Source: Myxococcales bacterium | GTDB lineage: Bacteria; Myxococcota_A; Polyangia; Polyangiales; DASUME01 | Assembly: GCA_047601445.1 (NCBI GenBank) | Contig: JASGJH010000001.1 | Coordinates: 4,096,001 to 4,160,000 of the forward strand | Direction: 5' to 3' | DNA: 64,000 nucleotides | Part shown: positions 58,649 through 64,000 of the stretch, piece after piece | Position numbering within the stretch: the first letter of the stretch is position 1 | How the letters are laid out: every line of letters begins with the position of its first letter | The notes under the pieces: model-generated | What the model saw: only the letters and a program-made list of their open reading frames with translations | Database searches by the model: none | What the model was told of the DNA's origin: nothing | Translations under genes and position numbers: made by a program

Positions 58649-61390
58649 TTGCTACATGCATCCCCGAATTGGGGAGGCGAGCACGTGATTCGGAAGGCAG
58701 TCCGTCACTGGAGAGCCGCGAGCTGGCGCGGCTACGGTAGCCCGAGCGTTGGGCTGTTCTTGAGCGCGCTGATCTTGCTGCATGGCACCGCGGCCCGAGC
58801 CGACCGGTACTATGACGACGTGCTTCTGTGCGGGGACCACGGCCTGGACCTGCTGGACACCAATCAAGCCAAGGCTGGTGCGAACGACAAGCGCTTGGCC
58901 GAGATCGACGAGCTACGCAAGGTCGTGTTCAAGTCCGGCCTGATTTGTCAGAACCACGACCAGTTTCCGTTGTGTACAGCGCGGGGAAAGGTTCTCGCGG
59001 AGCGCGCCGACCTTGTAGACCAAGGGTTCGTGAATCCTTCCCCCAACCGCAATCGTGTCTTCGCTGCGCGAGAGAAAATTCCGGCCGTCGATCTGGAACT
59101 CCGCTCTCTCGCCGGTCGGTTGGAGGCGATGGAGAGCTGCGCCGCGGCCTACACGCAGAATCCCAGGCCGGACGCGGTCGAGTTCGCCGACTGCCGCAGG
59201 TGGATCGATAGCGAACGGGGCACGGCCACGCTCGACGCCTTCCTCAAACTCGATAGTTCTTCCTCCACAGTCGACCCGCGCGCGCAGCCTGAGAAGGTGC
59301 TCCGCAATGCCCAGGCCGTTTCGCCGCTCCCCCAGCAAGCTCCGGTCGCCCCAGCGCCAGTGCTCGCGGACTGTTCCGACCCTCCCGCTGCCGACGATCA
59401 AGGAACGGGCAGGTTGTGCGCGGAGAGAAACACGATTGCGGGATGGATCACGGGGTGCTCCACCGCGCCGCTGTACATCGACCCGACTGGCCAAATGCGA
59501 GATCCCGAAGTGGACAAGCAGGGAAAGGCAAAGATCTGCGTGGACACGGGCGAGTCCGCGGCAGGGCGCGCGATCACCGTGACGCTCCAGAGCGTCGGCA
59601 AGCGCAGAGTCGTCTCACTCTGGCCCGGAGAGCCCTCAAAGGACGAGATCGAAGTGCCCACGCAGGGTGACGTGCTGAGCTTGCGCGTGGATGGCAAGCC
59701 CAACGCCTCCACGCTGGCCCAGATGTACACCAAGTGGGCGTCGAGCAACGACGCGCCCCCGCTCGGGTTCACGCTCTCGACCATGTTGCGTTCGTTGTCG
59801 GATGACGCACAGAAGGAGAGCGACGATCAGCAACTGGTGTCGGATCAGCTCAGCGACCTGGAAAACAAGCTACGTCAGGACCCGACCGTGCGAACGACCC
59901 GAGATGCCCTCGGGAAGCAGTTCGACCTGCTGGCACAGGCACCGGATCCGAAGGCACCGCTCGCAGGAATCAACGGCGCCTTCGACAAGGTCCTCGATGC
60001 CGGCACAAAAGTGGCGGAGGCTTGGAGAGATGCGGCCACGGACGCCAGCCTGCGCCAGAAGCGCGCGCGACTGGTCACGCGATTCATCAACCAGTGGAGC
60101 AGTCGTACCCCTACCCCGGTCGAGAATGAGACGCCAGATGCGCGGCGCACTCGCTACTTCAACGCACTGAACTTCGATTTCGTTCGGACGCTTGCGACCG
60201 ACCCTACCCCGGCGAACGGCGTGGTCGGCAACAGTCGCAAGGTCCTCACCGAAACCGTTTCGCGGCTGTGCTTCCTGGCGTCACAACGCGTGCTGGTGGT
60301 TTCGCACGACGCGTTGTTCAAGCCAGCGGCGCCACCGACGTTGCCCCCCGATTGCCCCCAGCGGCTCGACAAGGGCACCATGGTGGACCGCATCGCGCAC
60401 AACAAGAAATGCAGGCAAGCCGAGCGGGTCACCAAGGCGGCCTACGTCCCACCGCCGCCCGTGTTGGCCTTCGACTTCAACCGCGGCATCGAGACCCTGC
60501 TTACCGAGGAGGTGTGGAGCGACCGGCCGTTCTACATCCGCGTGTCGAACGTGCCCCCGGGAGGCGGCGTGACCGTGCAGATCGACGGCCAGACCGTAGC
60601 CAAGTCGCGCAGGGTCGAGGTGCTCGGCGAGCCCAACACCGACGAAGCACCTCCCAGCCAGAGGCTCGTCACCTCCGCGCCCACTCAAGGCGACCCCACG
60701 CCTACCAAGGCGTCCATCATCGGCTTGAGCGGCACCTTGATCGTCCCTGTACTCAACCTGTGGCGCGGCCGCATCTACACCTTTCGCGTTTGCTCGAGCG
60801 CCTCGGGCCCGCCCGCCAAGTGCGACAATACGGATCCGCCCCAGGGCACGCCGGCGCCAACAGTGCAGAGCCAAGCCGCGCTCAAGGTGCACGGACTCTT
60901 TTACCTCGGCCTGCGCAGCGGTCCGGGTGTGGCGTTGCTGGCCGCGAACAAGCGCACCTTGCTCAAGGAGGGCGGGGTCGGCGCCGAGACCGTGTGGGCG
61001 GTTGGCAACGATCCTTTCGCGGCGCGTTTCTCGCTGCCGCTCCTGCTCGCTTGGTACCCATGGGGACGCGACCCGCTCTCTACCAAGACGGCGTTCTCGC
61101 TCTCGGCAGGCGCGGACTTGATGAACATCAAACATCGCTTCGTCGTGGGCGCCCTCGGTCTCGACTGGGGAGGCTTCGGGATCAACGCAGGCGCGGTCAT
61201 CGAAGTGAACCAGCGCTCGCTCGCTCCCAATGGCACTCGCATCGAGAGCGCGACGAAGCCCAACCTCGATGAGTGGGGCAAGAAGGACCATGTCTCCTGG
61301 GGTGGAGGTGCCTGGGTCACCATGGACTTCGACATCTTCCGTGTCCTGTACGCGCGCGTATTCAAGAGCGGTCTTCCGGAGTTGAACTAG
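58649..61390 (+). CDS. Large secreted hypothetical protein (Cys-rich, possible C-terminal beta-barrel)
   Basis: 913-aa ORF, signal-like LFLSALILLHGTAARA; start uncertain. Confidence 0.65.
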   Translation: MLHASPNWGGEHVIRKAVRHWRAASWRGYGSPSVGLFLSALILLHGTAARADRYYDDVLLCGDHGLDLLDTNQAKAGANDKRLAEIDELRKVVFKSGLICQNHDQFPLCTARGKVLAERADLVDQGFVNPSPNRNRVFAAREKIPAVDLELRSLAGRLEAMESCAAAYTQNPRPDAVEFADCRRWIDSERGTATLDAFLKLDSSSSTVDPRAQPEKVLRNAQAVSPLPQQAPVAPAPVLADCSDPPAADDQGTGRLCAERNTIAGWITGCSTAPLYIDPTGQMRDPEVDKQGKAKICVDTGESAAGRAITVTLQSVGKRRVVSLWPGEPSKDEIEVPTQGDVLSLRVDGKPNASTLAQMYTKWASSNDAPPLGFTLSTMLRSLSDDAQKESDDQQLVSDQLSDLENKLRQDPTVRTTRDALGKQFDLLAQAPDPKAPLAGINGAFDKVLDAGTKVAEAWRDAATDASLRQKRARLVTRFINQWSSRTPTPVENETPDARRTRYFNALNFDFVRTLATDPTPANGVVGNSRKVLTETVSRLCFLASQRVLVVSHDALFKPAAPPTLPPDCPQRLDKGTMVDRIAHNKKCRQAERVTKAAYVPPPPVLAFDFNRGIETLLTEEVWSDRPFYIRVSNVPPGGGVTVQIDGQTVAKSRRVEVLGEPNTDEAPPSQRLVTSAPTQGDPTPTKASIIGLSGTLIVPVLNLWRGRIYTFRVCSSASGPPAKCDNTDPPQGTPAPTVQSQAALKVHGLFYLGLRSGPGVALLAANKRTLLKEGGVGAETVWAVGNDPFAARFSLPLLLAWYPWGRDPLSTKTAFSLSAGADLMNIKHRFVVGALGLDWGGFGINAGAVIEVNQRSLAPNGTRIESATKPNLDEWGKKDHVSWGGGAWVTMDFDIFRVLYARVFKSGLPELN

Positions 61391-61392
61391 TC

Positions 61393-62550
61393 ATGCACAA
61401 GCAACTCACCCTTTTGGTGTGCCTCGCTGCGAGCACCGGCGCGTGCGACCCCTCCGCCGAAGAGGTCAAGCCTGCAACCGTGGAGCTCTACTTCTCTGAT
61501 TTGGCAGGACAGCCGCTGAAGATGCTCGCCGCTGGCATGGCCACGAACTCTTGCTCGCCCAGCTCGCCCGAGGCGTATGGCGTCGGCGACCATCGGTTCG
61601 TCACCGCCCGCGTGAGAGTCCTGCCTCAGTCGCAGAACAGCGTGATCACCGTGCAGAGTCGCGGCGCTTGGCGCATCCTGCAGAACGGCACGCCGGTGGA
61701 GGAGGCGAGCCACGTGATCTCCCGCGGTCTCGAAGATCGACTCTGGACCTTCGAGGTCGCTGCCGTCAGCCTCGGCCAGGGTCTGATCCAAATCGTGCAG
61801 CCCTACGACGACGACGTCGACGCTGGCGTCCTCATGCCCGACGTGGAACGTGGCACCAACGTCGCCGTGGTCTCTCCTACGTGGACCCGCTTCAGCGGCG
61901 TCAATCCCGTGTACACCGTGGACCTGTGCAGTAGTGCGGCGGCCGGAGAGGTCATCACGCTCAACGCCACCTCTGGCAGCTGGCTCGGGGGCGATGCGGT
62001 GGAGAATGCGCCTGCCTCCACGCGCAGCGTCAAGCTCACGGCTGCGCCCCTGACGTGCCCGCCGGAGCTCCCGCAGGGCGCAGAACTCGAGTACTTCGCC
62101 GATTCCGCGAACCTCAGCCTGGTGCTGTCCGGCGCAGGCGGCTCTCAACGCTGCGACGCCTACGCCCTCGACAAGGTCGTCGACGACGTGAAAACCGTGC
62201 CGGAAATTCAGGGCACCTGGCTGCCGGTCAACGACGGCAAGGCCGAAGCCCTGGTGAAAGTCTCGGTCACCTTGCTCGGTCTCGGCGTATCCGATGCCGG
62301 CGCGTCCGATGCCGGGGTATCCGATGCCGGCGCCCCCGCTAGTGCCACCTCCACGCCGGCCGCGGCGGTCTCCGTGACCCTCGTAGCCGAGGCGTCGCTC
62401 GTGAGCGCCGAGCTCCCCGCCACCACCGATGCCAACGGCGTGTTCACAGCAAAGATCAGCGCACCCGCCACGCTGGCCAACGTACAGCTGCCCGTGCTCA
62501 TCGGCGGGCGCTTCCGTAAAGTCGTCGACTTCGCCGGACCCAAGCCGTAG
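61393..62550 (+). CDS. Hypothetical lipoprotein with SDAG repeats
   Basis: STGAC lipobox; VSDAGASDAGVSDAG. Confidence 0.65.
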   Translation: MHKQLTLLVCLAASTGACDPSAEEVKPATVELYFSDLAGQPLKMLAAGMATNSCSPSSPEAYGVGDHRFVTARVRVLPQSQNSVITVQSRGAWRILQNGTPVEEASHVISRGLEDRLWTFEVAAVSLGQGLIQIVQPYDDDVDAGVLMPDVERGTNVAVVSPTWTRFSGVNPVYTVDLCSSAAAGEVITLNATSGSWLGGDAVENAPASTRSVKLTAAPLTCPPELPQGAELEYFADSANLSLVLSGAGGSQRCDAYALDKVVDDVKTVPEIQGTWLPVNDGKAEALVKVSVTLLGLGVSDAGASDAGVSDAGAPASATSTPAAAVSVTLVAEASLVSAELPATTDANGVFTAKISAPATLANVQLPVLIGGRFRKVVDFAGPKP

Positions 62551-62846
62551 CCCAACCACCGCGGCGCGGATGTGCGCAGCGAGATCGCCCGGCTTCTTCG
62601 CGGCGCCCCATCGCTCGAAGCCTATCTTGAGCACCAGGACGCCCGCCTCGGCGGCGAGGCTCGCGTTGGGCTCGGCGACTCCACGCGTGGACGCCTGGGC
62701 TGGAGCCCAAGCGAAAAGGGGCTTCTCGCGACCTCGATGACACGCACTACTTCGAGCTAGCGGAGGCGTGAGGAGCAACCCAAGCCCGGAAATTGGCATG
62801 CGCAGTCATTCGGGAAGAGGACCACTCGGCTATAGTCGGAGCCCAG

Positions 62847-63266
62847 ATGAAGCTGCCCCGCGCCGTCGCTCGCTTCAACAAGCGAGTAAACAATCCGATT
62901 CAACTCTCGTGGGCGTGGCTCTTGCCGCCCTGGGCCATCGTGATTCACCGCGGCCGTAAATCGGGGCGGGAGTACCGCACCCCTGTCGTGGCATTCCGGA
63001 GCGGCGATCTCTTCCTCGTCAACGTGCTCTACGGCAGCGAGTCCGACTGGGTGCGCAACCTGCTGGCGTCCAACGGCGGAGAGGTCGTGCGGATGGGTCG
63101 TACCTATCGGCTCTTGGATCCGCGGCTCGAGGAAGTCGCCGGGTCCGGGCGCAGCACGCTGAGTGGCCTCGCTCGACTCGTCACGCGGCTCGGAGACCAC
63201 GTCCTCGTTGCCCAGCTGGGCCCCAGAGTCGTAGAGCGCTCGCCTCGTGGCTACCTTCGCGGCTAG
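62847..63266 (+). CDS. Deazaflavin (F420)-dependent nitroreductase/oxidoreductase family protein
   Basis: HRGRKSGREYRTPV, YGSESDWVRNLLA. Confidence 0.85.
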   Translation: MKLPRAVARFNKRVNNPIQLSWAWLLPPWAIVIHRGRKSGREYRTPVVAFRSGDLFLVNVLYGSESDWVRNLLASNGGEVVRMGRTYRLLDPRLEEVAGSGRSTLSGLARLVTRLGDHVLVAQLGPRVVERSPRGYLRG

Positions 63267-63278
63267 AGCCGCGCCAAC

Positions 63279-64000
63279 CTAGGGCTTCTGCAGGACGAAT
63301 TCCCATCCGGCGGCGCTCGCCCAGGACTTGTTGGGATTGCCGTCGGGAGCGGCCGCCAGGTCGTCCAGGTCGCCCGTGATGGCCTTCACACTCCACTTAA
63401 TGCCGGAGGAGCTCCAGTCGACGCCGTACGCGCCGAGATCGGGCAACATGAGGCTGGTGTCTTGCGTGTAGACCTCCACCTTCGTGGCGCCGTCCGTCCG
63501 TTCCAAACCCGCGCTGAACATGACTTGGTAAACGCAGCCCGCTGAAGGCTTCCAACTGAAGATCGTGGAGGCCGTCCCTTGGGCAAAGACCTCAGGGTAC
63601 CCGCCGTGATCGGGCGCAGGAGTGAGCAGGGTTGGCGGCGTTGGTGCACGGATGGTGATGCCGTCCGGCGGATCGAGCATGCTCGCATTCGAGGCGAACC
63701 CCTGCAGCGGAAGAGGGTCGTTCAGCGGGTAGTTGCCGGAAACGGTCACCAACACGCCAAAGTCAGAGCCGAGGTTGGGCACCGGAAGCGTATAGGAAGT
63801 GGAGACGCCGTCGATGAGCTCCTCCGAAAACGAAGCCCCTGCGCTCGGGAGCAAATTGCTCTTGTCGTGAACCGCAGCGCTGATCACGAGCGACCTGGCG
63901 CCGTCTGCGGCGGCCGTGAAGGAGCGCGTCGACGACGTGATCGGCGCCATCGTCAGCGCGATGGGCACGTCCTTCGCGAAGTCCGCGATCGTGTTGATCG
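63279..64000 (-). CDS. Hypothetical secreted protein, C-terminal part; runs in from the window edge
   Basis: Open frame to the edge, beta-rich with PTLLTP..FSW..LMLPDL. Confidence 0.55.
   Translation of the reverse strand, partial: INTIADFAKDVPIALTMAPITSSTRSFTAAADGARSLVISAAVHDKSNLLPSAGASFSEELIDGVSTSYTLPVPNLGSDFGVLVTVSGNYPLNDPLPLQGFASNASMLDPPDGITIRAPTPPTLLTPAPDHGGYPEVFAQGTASTIFSWKPSAGCVYQVMFSAGLERTDGATKVEVYTQDTSLMLPDLGAYGVDWSSSGIKWSVKAITGDLDDLAAAPDGNPNKSWASAAGWEFVLQKP

Noticed and set aside
1..64000. CRISPR array, tRNA, rRNA, intact IS or integrase
   Set aside because: No regularly spaced repeats, cloverleaf or rRNA signatures, or transposase motifs recognised by eye; a covariance search would be needed to exclude small RNAs.

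Overview
High-GC window, most likely from a myxobacterium (inferred from many Cys/'DAG'-rich lipoproteins, large Ser/Thr kinase-ATPase proteins and PAS hybrid kinases). The standout is a compact, apparently undescribed two-precursor RiPP cluster at 3157-12615. It starts with a 24-nt micro-gene below the ORF-track cutoff (strong AGGAGG, MKYDHVG*, carrying the biarylitide MxYxH motif) and a 58-aa double-glycine precursor with a Pro-rich core. These are followed by a BytO/RufO-like P450, an amidinotransferase and a pheganomycin Pgm1-like ATP-grasp ligase. A convergent operon encodes a methyltransferase, a proline iminopeptidase and a microcin MchC/MceJ-like domain fused to a second ATP-grasp. Two decayed copies of one coding segment bracket the cluster. 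A second small BGC (33903-40480) couples a pyrrolyl-2-carboxyl starter cassette to a minimal type II KS/CLF/ACP set. Other notable items are a pectin-acetylesterase + PETase/cutinase-like double hydrolase, an FGE/sulfatase pair, an HscC-like Hsp70 with a non-HPD J protein, two paralogous kinase-ATPase giants and a deleted tetR/flavin-monooxygenase relic. No rRNA, tRNA, CRISPR array or intact transposase was recognised. All family calls come from motif recognition by eye, not database searches.
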